From a virus (Duplodnaviria > Caudoviricetes), in the IMG/VR virus record IMGVR_UViG_3300046171_000014, positions 1 through 61,378 of that record: a DNA stretch of 61,378 bases; one strand, written 5' to 3'. Both the position numbers and the translations under genes were made by a program. The first letter of the stretch is position 1. Every line of letters starts with the position of its first letter. This document shows, one piece after another, positions 20,831-30,302 of the stretch. The notes under the pieces were generated by a model. That model did no database searches, was not told the DNA's origin, and saw nothing but the letters and a program-made list of their open reading frames with translations.

Positions 20831-21454
20831 TTAAAACCCTACGTCTCCCTGAAACCAATACTGTATATTACGAAATCCATTTGTTCTTCCGCTACCTGAG
20901 CGAGTTATCAAGTTTACTGAATCCTCCCACCTTACAACTACGTTGCTTAACACAACACTTGGTTCAAACCAAATATAGGCGCTAAAACCAGAGGTGTTCG
21001 CAGGTATGGTCGCTGTGTATTTATAGAACCCATTAGTTGGGCCTGTTTGAACAGTAACAGTCCCGGCCAAGATGGTTGAGGGGGAAGAAAGATCTGTAGT
21101 TGAAAAAATTTCAACTTTTTTTGAGACTCCCGCACTATTTTCTGCTGCCAGCCATGCATTACTTCCACCAGTTAAACCAAACGAATCTGCATAAATTATA
21201 TTATCTACTGTGTTATCGCCCCAAGTGCTGTAAGCAGTTGTTGTTTCCCAACCTCCCGCCCCAAAGTCAAAAGAAAGATTTGCAAAAAAAAGAATATTCT
21301 TGTTTGACGAACCTGTAGAATAGGGTGGAAGTTCATATTTTGTATAGGTGGACGCATCAAAAATGTTTGATGTAGTAGTCGCATCTAAGCTCGCAACATT
21401 CTGTAACTCTAGGCTGTTATTTATAACAGTGGTGTTTGCAACTTTTATAGCCAT
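20831..21454 (-). CDS. Putative tail-associated protein
   Basis: 207 aa; MAIKVANTTVINNS N-terminus typical of short fibre/tip proteins; AT-rich. Confidence 0.55.
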   Translation of the reverse strand: MAIKVANTTVINNSLELQNVASLDATTTSNIFDASTYTKYELPPYSTGSSNKNILFFANLSFDFGAGGWETTTAYSTWGDNTVDNIIYADSFGLTGGSNAWLAAENSAGVSKKVEIFSTTDLSSPSTILAGTVTVQTGPTNGFYKYTATIPANTSGFSAYIWFEPSVVLSNVVVRWEDSVNLITRSGSGRTNGFRNIQYWFQGDVGF

Positions 21455-21478
21455 CGTCGTGTCCTTTCACTATTAGCT

Positions 21479-22417
21479 TTATAAATTATTCTGGCTTGCT
21501 AGGCCAATCTTACGCTTGTGCCAAAAGTTATTCCTATAACCATCAGTAAAGTTTGACGTTAAAAGATTTTGGTTATTTGCTAGTTCCTTTTCTTCAAGAA
21601 CCTTATGACATTCCGTAAAGCTCTCCCTTTTAATAGGTATAATGTGAACTAGAGGGGTTCCTCTTTTTATATAAAAAGTCCCCCTTTCAGAGCCAGTCCA
21701 AATAAAAGGAAAATTTGGTGGAATTAAATACTCATCAACATCAACCAAAGCCTCAAAGAAACAAATTTTATTTTCGAAATGGTTTGGTGGGTTCTTATAA
21801 TATAAAGAATATCCCTTTGGGCATCTTATAGACCAAGGGGAGTGCAACTTCATTACTTGATCTCCCAGTGGATATTGTGGAAATCCTCCACCTACTTGAG
21901 ATGCCGCATGTCCAGAAACGACCCCCATTAAGTTTTTTTTATCTGGATCATCATTAGAGAAAGCACTATTAAAAGAGCAGTTTATTCCTAACTTTCCTAA
22001 AGAAACGTCTGCAATCTCTTTACCGTTAAAGTTATACCCAATCAGGTCAGTGTAGTTATTTATACTTTCATTGAAAATGTTGCTCAAGCAAACACTATCA
22101 TTAACCAATCCACCAATACCAGAGCTTATCAGGTTAGAGTTACTATCATAAAGCTCTACTTGTGGCTCAACGACTACCTTTAGGTCTGCCCACATAGGTA
22201 TAATATACCCAAGAGACATTGCATCTAAAAATGGAACACACTTTTTGACTGTGGCTGTGCTTAAATCCTTTTTGTCTGAGAATGGCTTTATGTTTTTAAA
22301 CCAACTTGGTAGAAAGTTTATGGATTTGTCTGGCTTATCAATAAGCTCAAACCCTTCCTTTACAAACATTTCTATTTTCAACTCTCTAGGGTTTTTGAAT
22401 AAATTCCTCAAACCCAT
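21479..22417 (-). CDS. Conserved phage hypothetical protein often found near 2OG oxygenases
   Basis: TVKKCVPFLDAMSLGYIIP, PW..R.PKGYS, NFPF and KRGTPLVHIIPIKRE motifs. Confidence 0.65.
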   Translation of the reverse strand: MGLRNLFKNPRELKIEMFVKEGFELIDKPDKSINFLPSWFKNIKPFSDKKDLSTATVKKCVPFLDAMSLGYIIPMWADLKVVVEPQVELYDSNSNLISSGIGGLVNDSVCLSNIFNESINNYTDLIGYNFNGKEIADVSLGKLGINCSFNSAFSNDDPDKKNLMGVVSGHAASQVGGGFPQYPLGDQVMKLHSPWSIRCPKGYSLYYKNPPNHFENKICFFEALVDVDEYLIPPNFPFIWTGSERGTFYIKRGTPLVHIIPIKRESFTECHKVLEEKELANNQNLLTSNFTDGYRNNFWHKRKIGLASQNNL

Positions 22418-22989
22418 TGTGGGCCTTCAAACCAAGCCACAAGCGATCTTCTTACACCCTTTGTAATGGGCTTTACTTTATGTTGAAGATAGCTGGGAAA
22501 AATTAAAACTGTTCCCTTTGCTTTTGAAGCACCCGCCATTGGGCTTTCTGTTTCAGTAAATTCAAAGCCCCCACCCTCATAATCGAAAGGATCTGAAAGC
22601 TGTACGGTTACTGAGAGCTTCCTGTCAAAGCCATCGTTTCTATTCCAATCAATATCATGATGTAATCCATAATGACCGCCTTGATCCGCATGGTATTCTG
22701 TGTATTGGATTTCAGCCTTTTTGTTTACATTAACTTTAAAAGCTGATTGATTTGCCAAGTCTACATAGAAATAAAGCATATCTAAAACCCAAGGCTGATT
22801 GTTTAGCCATGACACCCTACTACTTCTAATAGATGAAACCTGCTCAACATTATCAGGATGCGCAACATCAAAGTCTTTGGTGTTAAAGGTTGTTGCTACA
22901 TCTGTTGGACCTGCGCTTTCAACTATCTTAGTAACAACTTCATCGTCTAAAGCAGCAGTAAACATTTGCCATGAATTTCTTACAATCAC
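22408..22989 (-). CDS. 2OG-Fe(II) oxygenase (PKHD/prolyl-hydroxylase-like)
   Basis: HHD...RKLSVTVQLS...YEGG...FPSYLQHKVKPITKGVRRSLVAW. Confidence 0.9.
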   Translation of the reverse strand: MIVRNSWQMFTAALDDEVVTKIVESAGPTDVATTFNTKDFDVAHPDNVEQVSSIRSSRVSWLNNQPWVLDMLYFYVDLANQSAFKVNVNKKAEIQYTEYHADQGGHYGLHHDIDWNRNDGFDRKLSVTVQLSDPFDYEGGGFEFTETESPMAGASKAKGTVLIFPSYLQHKVKPITKGVRRSLVAWFEGPQWV

Positions 22990-23000
22990 TTTTATACCTT

Positions 23001-23441
23001 TTAGTTGGGTTTATTAGGCCACTCCACACTATGAGGGAATGTTTCTTGCTGCGGAACGTCTAACAAAAGGTTTCTATAATTAGTCCACTCTGCTTGCTTT
23101 TCAGATGTAAGTGCATTCCACCTTAAAGGGTTACTTACTAATGGATCAACATCCGTAATCAAATGTCCGTCTCTTTTATCCCTAATTGTTGAGATTTGTT
23201 CTTCATATAATTGTTGCTCCGCAGAAATACCAGCATAAGGCGCAATATTTGAACCCAGAAGGGTTCTAAGAGCTTCGTTGTCTATTGTGTAGTCATCGTC
23301 ATCAGACTTAACTGTATATTCTATCCATCCATATGTAGGATGATTTATCTCACAATTAAAATCTGTATGATCTTCACTAAGATATACGCCGTTTCTTACT
23401 TCTGTAATAAAGACTCTAGGCATTATGAAATCCTGATCCAT
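23001..23441 (-). CDS. Tail fibre assembly chaperone
   Basis: [16 protein letters not shown] and W..YR..LLDVPQQ..FP..V.WP motifs; follows the fibre gene. True start may be 23423. Confidence 0.75.
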   Translation of the reverse strand: MDQDFIMPRVFITEVRNGVYLSEDHTDFNCEINHPTYGWIEYTVKSDDDDYTIDNEALRTLLGSNIAPYAGISAEQQLYEEQISTIRDKRDGHLITDVDPLVSNPLRWNALTSEKQAEWTNYRNLLLDVPQQETFPHSVEWPNKPN

Positions 23442-24769
23442 AAAGTTTGCTGGTAATAGCCATTATTTGCGTGGTTTATTCCGTGTCCCATACATCTCCA
23501 TGTGCCAGACAAGTTATTTCCCTGACCACAAGGATAAGTTGGAACGGTTAGGTTGTTAGGGCCCCTAACTGAGGTACTCCTTATACCACTACCAGCAAGG
23601 TTGCTTCCAAAGGTTGCTGCGTTTACAGCAGCATTTAGTGCCGCCCATGCGAATGATCCCACAGAGCCAGCGGTATTATTAGCACTACCAGTTGGGCCAG
23701 TTGGGCCTGTTGGGCCTGTGCTTCCTGTCGGACCCTGCGACCCTGTAGGGCCTGTTGGTCCGTTTGGCCCTGTCGGTCCTGTTGGTCCTGTGCTGCCTGT
23801 TTGACCCTTCTGCCCCTTCTGCCCAGTTGGACCCGTGCTTCCTGTCGGACCCTGCGACCCTGTAGGGCCTGTTGGTCCGTTTGGCCCTGTCGGTCCTGTT
23901 GGTCCTGTGCTGCCTGTTTGACCCTTCTGCCCCTTCTGCCCAGTTGGACCCGTGCCGCCTGTCGGACCCGTTGAGCCAGTTGGACCTGTCGGTCCTTGCG
24001 AACCAGTTGGACCCGTGTTGCCTGTCTGCCCTTTTTGGCCCTTCTGGCCTTGAGGGCCTGTCGGACCTGTTGGGCCTGTTGGCCCTGTACCGCCTGTATT
24101 ACCCACCTCGCCCTTCTGACCTTTTTGGCCTGTCGGACCCGTTGGACCAGTTCCCCCTGTAGGGCCAGTAGGCCCTGTAGGGCCTTGTAGTGCTGCATTA
24201 GCAATAGTCTGCTTTTCCCAAGCAGAAGCTGTTACATCGTAGACAGGAATAAGGTCAGAAGAAACCGCGTCTGTGCCCGTAGCAAACCCTGTGAGAGAAG
24301 ATCCCACATTTGCAGTGTCAGTAACGTCAGCATTGGTTTCTATGGTATCTAACTTTGTACCATCCGTTGCGATATCACGCCCGTCAACCGTGCCCGTAAC
24401 TGCCAAGTTACCCGTAACCGTGGCACCAGAAGATGTCGCTGCAACCTTGGTAGACCCTGCATTTTGCAAGATATTTAAGTCACTGGCTACCGCGCTGATA
24501 AAGACAACAGCATTCCCCGCAAGGCTGATGGCATTATCTGAGTTTGAACTCTCTTGCACGGTCCTTGTAAGGGTTGTGCCAGAAGCGGTATATGTACCAG
24601 TACCTATTTCAAAGTTAGAGGTCTCTTCGATGACGTACTGTACTACGTCACCGTTACTAACCCCAGCATCCGCGAAACTCTGAAACCCCGTAGATGCACT
24701 GCCAAGAGTAATTGTACCAGTACCCGTAGTGCTGGTTGTCATCTTGGCTCTGTTGAAGAGCTTCGCCAT
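23423..24769 (-). CDS. Collagen-like tail fibre protein
   Basis: About 55 contiguous Gly-X-Y triplets (GPT, GQK); C-terminal GTWRCMG fibre motif. Confidence 0.85.
   Translation of the reverse strand: MAKLFNRAKMTTSTTGTGTITLGSASTGFQSFADAGVSNGDVVQYVIEETSNFEIGTGTYTASGTTLTRTVQESSNSDNAISLAGNAVVFISAVASDLNILQNAGSTKVAATSSGATVTGNLAVTGTVDGRDIATDGTKLDTIETNADVTDTANVGSSLTGFATGTDAVSSDLIPVYDVTASAWEKQTIANAALQGPTGPTGPTGGTGPTGPTGQKGQKGEVGNTGGTGPTGPTGPTGPQGQKGQKGQTGNTGPTGSQGPTGPTGSTGPTGGTGPTGQKGQKGQTGSTGPTGPTGPNGPTGPTGSQGPTGSTGPTGQKGQKGQTGSTGPTGPTGPNGPTGPTGSQGPTGSTGPTGPTGPTGSANNTAGSVGSFAWAALNAAVNAATFGSNLAGSGIRSTSVRGPNNLTVPTYPCGQGNNLSGTWRCMGHGINHANNGYYQQTLWIRIS
23685..24185 (-). repeat. Collagen Gly-X-Y coding repeat with internal near-perfect duplication
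   Basis: (GPT)n and GQKGQKGQ blocks; repeated DNA such as tgtcggtcctgttggtcctgtgctgcctgtttgacccttctgcccc at ~23771 and ~23888. Confidence 0.9.
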
Positions 24770-24778
24770 GATACTGCC

Positions 24779-25213
24779 TTATGTTAGTTGGATGACACCG
24801 TTGCTTGGGCTGAAATCTAAGGTGAACGTATCACCGTTGTTCAGCGTCAATGAAGTGCCATAATCATAGTACCCAATGATTGGGTCTGCTGGAGAAGAAA
24901 CCGTATCATCAAAGATATAGATATAACGGAAGGGGCCAACCGTACCAGAAGCAGTAAGCGTAAGATCTGCAACAACCAGCTTATATACACCACTAGACTG
25001 TGATGATGAGCTTGTAGTTAGGTTGCGAGAAGAACAATTACTGTAGCTAATCTGTGTAAGATTACCAACAATACCGTTACCATCTGCGGTTGGGTTACTT
25101 GATTCACTTCCCGGCGCAGTATTGGTTAAGGCTACCGCAAGCTGGTCGCTTGCAAGATCCATGTTGTGGACTGCGTTTACCACAAAATCGTTTACTTTGT
25201 TAAAGCTCGCCAT
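24779..25213 (-). CDS. Virion structural protein
   Basis: 144 aa; GPFRY..IFDDT...IGYYDYG...L..GDTFTLDF family motif. Confidence 0.65.
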   Translation of the reverse strand: MASFNKVNDFVVNAVHNMDLASDQLAVALTNTAPGSESSNPTADGNGIVGNLTQISYSNCSSRNLTTSSSSQSSGVYKLVVADLTLTASGTVGPFRYIYIFDDTVSSPADPIIGYYDYGTSLTLNNGDTFTLDFSPSNGVIQLT

Positions 25214-25227
25214 TTAGATAACTCCTA

Positions 25228-25662
25228 TCATGCTATGCGAATTATAGCAGATGTGGCATCCGCTACGGGGAATTGTATTTCAAAGGTACTATCACTAGCA
25301 ACCCTGTCGCTTCCAAAGTCTAACACAGCAACAGCTTTATTAGAAGCACTTGAGTTATAGATCAGCGCCCCCCTTGCTGTAAAGCTTGCGTCAGTCCATG
25401 AAATATTGTCAAAGTCTACAATAGCCGTTGTTCCAGAGGTCTTTGGAAATGTAGATGTCACTGTCAACGACTTGCCCCCCGCAGTGTATGCCGTTCCAGA
25501 TGTATTGGTTATTTCGTTTGTTGTACTATACACAGTTGTATCCGCACCCAAAGAACCCGCGTTTGAATACAAAGCTATCTTAAACGTATGTGCATCAAAG
25601 TCATGCTCTGCCTTTAGAAGCTCAAGCTTAAAAGACGTACATGTTGCTTGAATTATTGCCAT
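25228..25662 (-). CDS. Virion structural protein
   Basis: SFKLELL, FKIALY, YTAGG, TARGALIYN and VLDFG motifs common in marine phage tail proteins. Confidence 0.7.
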   Translation of the reverse strand: MAIIQATCTSFKLELLKAEHDFDAHTFKIALYSNAGSLGADTTVYSTTNEITNTSGTAYTAGGKSLTVTSTFPKTSGTTAIVDFDNISWTDASFTARGALIYNSSASNKAVAVLDFGSDRVASDSTFEIQFPVADATSAIIRIA

Positions 25663-25672
25663 ACCTTATCTC

Positions 25673-26305
25673 CTACGCGGCAGGTCGCCTGTATGTGTCA
25701 GTCCTCAACTTAGCCCCCAAAGAAGCCATGTTGATAAGGGCTGACGAATATCTTTCGTTATACAATTGAACCATATCGCCTTCGCCCTTCATAAACGTAT
25801 ACGCTTCTATAAGAGATCCGTAAAGCAATGTCGCTTCCGCATTATCGCCAAGCCAAGATGTACCAGAGGTGACAATAGAAGGTGGATCATAGTAGTAATG
25901 CAACTCCAAGTCGTATGCTGCATCAGGCGTAGGGCCAAGCAAGAAGTTGCCATTGCCTGTAGCGGTATCCCCATCAAATATTGCGTAATACTGCGGCAAC
26001 CCCTGCACCGTGGTATCAGGGTAGGCTTCCCGCACAAAGTTCACCTCTTTGTCTAAAAGATAGGTGTACGTTGTGCCATTGATAATAGCTAAAGAGAACG
26101 TGGCTAGAAAGTCATCAGGCCTCGCAACATACTTATTGCCAGCGTTTACATTGCCTGTGACGTTCCTGCGTAGCTCTGGAATAGTGATATCCCTAAAGAT
26201 CCGCTCTTCAGCCTGACGCACAAAGTTAGGAATATTGGTCACAAAGGTACTCTCTGTGTTCTCCGTATAGTCTTTGATCGCTTGCGTCAGTTCTGAATAG
26301 TTCAT
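25673..26305 (-). CDS. Head-tail adaptor / tail tubular protein A-like
   Basis: MNYSEL, QAEERI, G.PQYYA, GPTPD..Y and LLYGSL.EA motifs. Confidence 0.7.
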   Translation of the reverse strand: MNYSELTQAIKDYTENTESTFVTNIPNFVRQAEERIFRDITIPELRRNVTGNVNAGNKYVARPDDFLATFSLAIINGTTYTYLLDKEVNFVREAYPDTTVQGLPQYYAIFDGDTATGNGNFLLGPTPDAAYDLELHYYYDPPSIVTSGTSWLGDNAEATLLYGSLIEAYTFMKGEGDMVQLYNERYSSALINMASLGAKLRTDTYRRPAA

Positions 26306-26317
26306 TTGAACTTTCCC

Positions 26318-26566
26318 TTATGATATTCTAAACTTGCCACCTTGAGTGGCAGCGCCCATGCCACGGCATACCTTGCCGCCACCAGCCAACCCTAGTGCGC
26401 TTTTAATGTCTTGTTTGGGTTCCGCATTGTGATCTCTAGTTCTTCTGCGACCAGATGCTTTTATAATTCTTTTTTCTGTACGCCTTTCTTCAGCCATACG
26501 TTTTTTCTTTGCCGCCTTCTCAAGGTCTTTTGGCCGCGCTTTTGGCTTAACATCTTCAACGCCCAT
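26318..26566 (-). CDS. Small basic protein
   Basis: Likely start MGVEDV at 26566 with GAGG RBS; GGKVCRGMGAATQG motif. Confidence 0.55.
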   Translation of the reverse strand: MGVEDVKPKARPKDLEKAAKKKRMAEERRTEKRIIKASGRRRTRDHNAEPKQDIKSALGLAGGGKVCRGMGAATQGGKFRIS

Positions 26567-27245
26567 TTTGATTCTCCTCTTGATATAAGTTATCAAATAT
26601 TTTGTTGACATCCATAGTATAGTCTAAATCGGATTTTGAATAGTGTATATGTTGAGATGGCTTGAAGTCTGGGGCACCAGCGCCAGTCTCGAACCATGCA
26701 GGGTGAGTAACCCTTACACGATTGTTAGGCAGCGCCACTACGTTACCAGTCCATTCTCCAGCATCTAGAAGCTGCATAACATGACTTTGCTTATGCTGCG
26801 CTGGGTCATCTGCTATCTCACTCTCAGAGTAATCAACAGTAAACATATACTTTGCAGGATACATATTCCCATCTATCTTTGCCAACCAAGGACATGGTGT
26901 TGCCCTGTCCAAGACGTACACAGCGTGGTTGTAGGACGAACAGTCCCAAGGCTGGGCGTTATGCACAGACATGGCAGAAGGCCACTCAGTGAGCGGCTCA
27001 TCGGCTACAAGAGCGGTTATAGGCATTCTCGCCCACATTGCGCCACCGTGTACATTCTCATCTCCTTCTTCATCAGCCTCGCATCCCGTAAAGATAACTT
27101 GAAAGCTCAAGCACCTGTTTGGCATTGTCGTTACCGCTATTGCCATCGCATGTAAGAACTCACCGTGGTATTGTTCATGATTGTGAGTATACTCACGGCG
27201 AACCCAGCACTTGAAGTGCGGTATGTTACTCTGCAAATAAGCCAA
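26556..27245 (-). CDS. Conserved marine phage hypothetical protein
   Basis: 229 aa; GGAMWARMPI, QPWDC, HKQSH and PNNR motifs. Confidence 0.75.
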   Translation of the reverse strand: MAYLQSNIPHFKCWVRREYTHNHEQYHGEFLHAMAIAVTTMPNRCLSFQVIFTGCEADEEGDENVHGGAMWARMPITALVADEPLTEWPSAMSVHNAQPWDCSSYNHAVYVLDRATPCPWLAKIDGNMYPAKYMFTVDYSESEIADDPAQHKQSHVMQLLDAGEWTGNVVALPNNRVRVTHPAWFETGAGAPDFKPSQHIHYSKSDLDYTMDVNKIFDNLYQEENQNGR

Positions 27246-27265
27246 TCTATCCCCCCAAGTTGACT

Positions 27266-27523
27266 TTACTTTTTAGTCTTACCGCCTTTGGCGTAACCCT
27301 TTTTCTTTTTCATCATAGCGCCACCCATTCTCTTTTTGGTAACACCACCTTTTTTCATCTTACCTACGCCGTCAGCAGCAAATGCTGGGACACTCTTCCC
27401 ATTCTTTTTGACCATAGGCATCTTTCCACCTGATTTCATTGCCACAGGTTTTTTCTTTTTCATTGCGCCACCCATCATCTTCTTGGTAACGCCGCCTTTA
27501 GCATAGCCTTTTTTCTTCATCAT
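27266..27523 (-). CDS. Lys/Gly/Met-rich small basic protein
   Basis: 85 aa with repeated YAKGG/MKKGG; AGGAG RBS. Confidence 0.7.
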   Translation of the reverse strand: MMKKKGYAKGGVTKKMMGGAMKKKKPVAMKSGGKMPMVKKNGKSVPAFAADGVGKMKKGGVTKKRMGGAMMKKKKGYAKGGKTKK

Positions 27524-27534
27524 CGCTTCTACTC

Positions 27535-27852
27535 CTAAGTTATGTTGATAGTAACAGTACCAACTTCAGACTGCATAAATTGAAGATCATTCCAAACAGG
27601 ATTAAACCCAAATAAACCGCGACTCTCCTCTAAGGATGTGTCTGGTCTTGGGTTCCTCAGAGACTGAGGATCATTTATCTTAATTCTGCCCAAGAAGTTT
27701 TGTGGCTGATCTGGGTCAACAACATCACGCCCAACCAGAAATCCAGTCTTCACGCCATTGTTAAACTCAGGCACAAGATCTGCCAAAGGGTATCTAAACC
27801 CTGTCTTGTCGCAGTAACCAAAAGCATATTTGCCTCTAGCGTAACTCATCAC
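27535..27852 (-). CDS. Conserved hypothetical head-module protein
   Basis: A.GKYA...CD.TGFRY and DPQSLRNPRPD motifs. Confidence 0.7.
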   Translation of the reverse strand: MMSYARGKYAFGYCDKTGFRYPLADLVPEFNNGVKTGFLVGRDVVDPDQPQNFLGRIKINDPQSLRNPRPDTSLEESRGLFGFNPVWNDLQFMQSEVGTVTINIT

Positions 27853-28526
27853 GCACCCATCATAAATGTGTTGAATGGAACGAACTTAATTGATGCTGTC
27901 TCTTCATCCTCACCAGCAGCTAGCTGGAACTGAAACTCGTACTCTTGCTTTAGGTTAGCCGCCATCTGAGGGTTCTTTTTCATAGCAATGTAATATGCCA
28001 TGCCTGCAACCAAGCAGGGCACGAATCGAGGCGGTACAGAAGATATCGCTGCCCCAACTCCAGATGACAGCCCATCAATACCTTTTAGCCTATGATATGC
28101 TATTTCATAGGTCGTTGTATTATCAGGTACGGGCCAAAGAGTTACTTTTGTTTCCGTTGGGAGCCTTTGGACGTAGATTTGGGTCGGCCTACCTTGCGTG
28201 TTTTTGTTGGTTTGCTGGGCGTAGGTCGAGACACTGACTCTTTCGAGGGAGGTGTCGATTTGGTTTGTGCCCGTTCCGGTGCGGATTTGGTGTTCGATGA
28301 TATCAATTGTATCCGCAGGGAGGGTATACGTTGCCGTACCCGCTGTAACAGCGAGCGTACCCGCTTCAATAGTGAAGAGATTAAGACCACGGTTCTGCCA
28401 CTCCAATGTTAAAAGATTTAGACTTCTTCGTGCGGTTTTAAGGTCGTATCCAGTACGCATCTCAAGGCCAGCCCTTTCAAAAGCTTCCTCAAAAATCTCT
28501 GGCATGTCTGGGGTTACTACAGCCAT
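27849..28526 (-). CDS. Head-to-tail connector-like protein
   Basis: EEAFERAG...GYDL.TARRSLNLL..EWQNRGLNL and GRPTQ...LWPVPD motifs. Confidence 0.7.
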   Translation of the reverse strand: MAVVTPDMPEIFEEAFERAGLEMRTGYDLKTARRSLNLLTLEWQNRGLNLFTIEAGTLAVTAGTATYTLPADTIDIIEHQIRTGTGTNQIDTSLERVSVSTYAQQTNKNTQGRPTQIYVQRLPTETKVTLWPVPDNTTTYEIAYHRLKGIDGLSSGVGAAISSVPPRFVPCLVAGMAYYIAMKKNPQMAANLKQEYEFQFQLAAGEDEETASIKFVPFNTFMMGA

Positions 28527-28789
28527 TATGTCACTACGCTCCTAAACCGTTTGGTTTTCTTTGCAATTTTCTTAGGCTGCTTGGCAACCTGCTTGCCCTT
28601 CTTGGTGGCCTCGCGTTTCTTCTTCGTAGTAGCGGCGTACTCCGCAGAGGTCAAAGACTTGATAGCCTTCTCAGGAAGATATCGCTCGCCTGTAGCCTTG
28701 CTCCCTTGCGTCGATGGCTTGCCAGACTTTGTTCGCCACTTCTGCTTTGTCCAAGACTTCAAGCTCTTCTGTGACTTCTTGAGCGCCAT
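28526..28789 (-). CDS. Small basic protein
   Basis: QKSL..WTKQKWRTKSGK...GERYLP motif. Confidence 0.7.
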   Translation of the reverse strand: MALKKSQKSLKSWTKQKWRTKSGKPSTQGSKATGERYLPEKAIKSLTSAEYAATTKKKREATKKGKQVAKQPKKIAKKTKRFRSVVT

Positions 28790-29082
28790 TAACCTCTATA
28801 GCCCCCACCCGCTTTTTTATAAGCCTTCGCCAACATTTGCGCTTTTCTTGCTGACCATTGCCCCGGTTTGCCGCCTTTTCCACCAGCCTTTATGCGATTA
28901 AATATACGCTTTCTCTTCTCTGGTTGGGTGTAATTGCCAGCTTCATTAACACGACTTTTAGATTTCTTCTTCGTCTTGCCACCTTTGCCAAAACGAATAA
29001 TCTCAAGGTCTTTAGCGTCATCACCTGTAGAGGTTCTGTTACCTGTTAGTTGACTGCCCATCTGGGAACGAGAAATAGCCAT
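28789..29082 (-). CDS. Small basic protein
   Basis: GNYT.P...GG..GQWSARKAQMLA..YK..GGGY motif. Confidence 0.7.
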   Translation of the reverse strand: MAISRSQMGSQLTGNRTSTGDDAKDLEIIRFGKGGKTKKKSKSRVNEAGNYTQPEKRKRIFNRIKAGGKGGKPGQWSARKAQMLAKAYKKAGGGYRG

Positions 29083-29376
29083 TTAACATTTCCACCGTTT
29101 TCTTGCTTGCCTTAACCTACTATTAGGATCTTTTGCTGCTTTGGGGAACTTCTTCATTTGTCCAGCAGAACGGGCGCAGAAAGACTTGCGCCGCTTTGCG
29201 TCCTTGCTCCCCTTCTTAACCTTCCCCGTCACAGCAGTTTTTAACTTGGAGCCGGGGTTGTCCTTGCGATACTTGGCAACACCCTTTTTTGTCATACCCG
29301 CCCCAGACTTTGTGGGACGTTTATGACCACCTTTTATGCTGTGCCCCTTCATGGAGCCTTTCTTTTTCTCAGCCAT
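29083..29376 (-). CDS. Small basic protein
   Basis: NPGSKLK, RRKSFCAR and RKRWKC motifs. Confidence 0.7.
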   Translation of the reverse strand: MAEKKKGSMKGHSIKGGHKRPTKSGAGMTKKGVAKYRKDNPGSKLKTAVTGKVKKGSKDAKRRKSFCARSAGQMKKFPKAAKDPNSRLRQARKRWKC

Positions 29377-29379
29377 CTC

Positions 29380-29667
29380 TTACTCAAGGAGTAAAGTTAT
29401 CACTGAACCAGAGCCTGATAGAGCAGACACATAGGCCCCATTGTCAGCAAGAATACCATCATTAGGGAGAAACACATCGTTCCATCCCGCTGGAAGGGTT
29501 AAATCCAGCAGAGTGGCTCCTGATGCGGAGCCATTCTTAATAGTAAATGCTGTGATGTTAGTGGCATACACCAAGATGCCCTGTATTCGACTCCGTGCGG
29601 GGCCAACAACCCCTGCACTAAATCCTGATGTTGAGACATTAAATGCCCGTATCTCTTGACCAGCCAT
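29380..29667 (-). CDS. Small virion protein
   Basis: 95 aa, beta-rich, downstream of the capsid gene; GGAGG RBS. Confidence 0.6.
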   Translation of the reverse strand: MAGQEIRAFNVSTSGFSAGVVGPARSRIQGILVYATNITAFTIKNGSASGATLLDLTLPAGWNDVFLPNDGILADNGAYVSALSGSGSVITLLLE

Positions 29668-29677
29668 CTAGGCCTCC

Positions 29678-30148
29678 TTACGGCTGAACAGCCGTATTAA
29701 ACGCTTGAGCATACATCACTGTTATAACAACTGATCCCGCATTTGTACCTGCACTTGAGGTCGCAGTTAATTTCAAATCAGATGTACCAGTGTTTTTCCA
29801 TGTAAGTGTACCACCGCCAGAAGCGCCTAACGCCTTAATACCTACAGTAGTTCCAGAAGCAACAGCATTAACAAGGGTCGCTGCACCGCCTACGGTATCA
29901 CCAACACTGATATTCGTCGTAGTGTTAGCAGCCACTTCTAAATCAATGATGATGTCTACGATTTTTGAGTTGGCAGGGATTACCACATTTGTGGCTTCTG
30001 CTGCGACAGCGCCGCCAGAAATATCCATTACATGTTGTTGAGTCATTACAACATAACCTACGTTTGCTATGTCTGACCCAACAGTAGTGCCCGTTGTGTT
30101 GCGGATGTTGCCAGCCCGTATAGGACCAGAAAAAGTAGTAGTACCCAT
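29678..30148 (-). CDS. Capsid decoration/cement-like protein
   Basis: MGTTTFSGP N-terminus and IPANSKIVD motif; follows the major capsid gene. Confidence 0.6.
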   Translation of the reverse strand: MGTTTFSGPIRAGNIRNTTGTTVGSDIANVGYVVMTQQHVMDISGGAVAAEATNVVIPANSKIVDIIIDLEVAANTTTNISVGDTVGGAATLVNAVASGTTVGIKALGASGGGTLTWKNTGTSDLKLTATSSAGTNAGSVVITVMYAQAFNTAVQP

Positions 30149-30224
30149 GTCGATCTCCTGTCTGGGTTAGTCAGACACACCATGTGTCTGTCAGGGATAC
30201 ACATATAGTAATAGATATTTAAAC

Positions 30225-30254
30225 AAAAAGAAAGGGGCAACCGAAGCTGCCCCT
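30225..30254 (-). terminator. Intrinsic terminator after the major capsid gene
   Basis: On the minus strand: AGGGGCAGC-TTCG-GTTGCCCCT followed by TTCTTTTT. Confidence 0.75.
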
Positions 30255-30302
30255 GAGTTATACATGAGGAGAATACATGAAGTACCCACCTTATAGCATA
30301 CT

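Noticed and set aside
23635-24204. 189-aa Gln/Arg repeat ORF
   Set aside because: Alternate frame of the collagen repeat.
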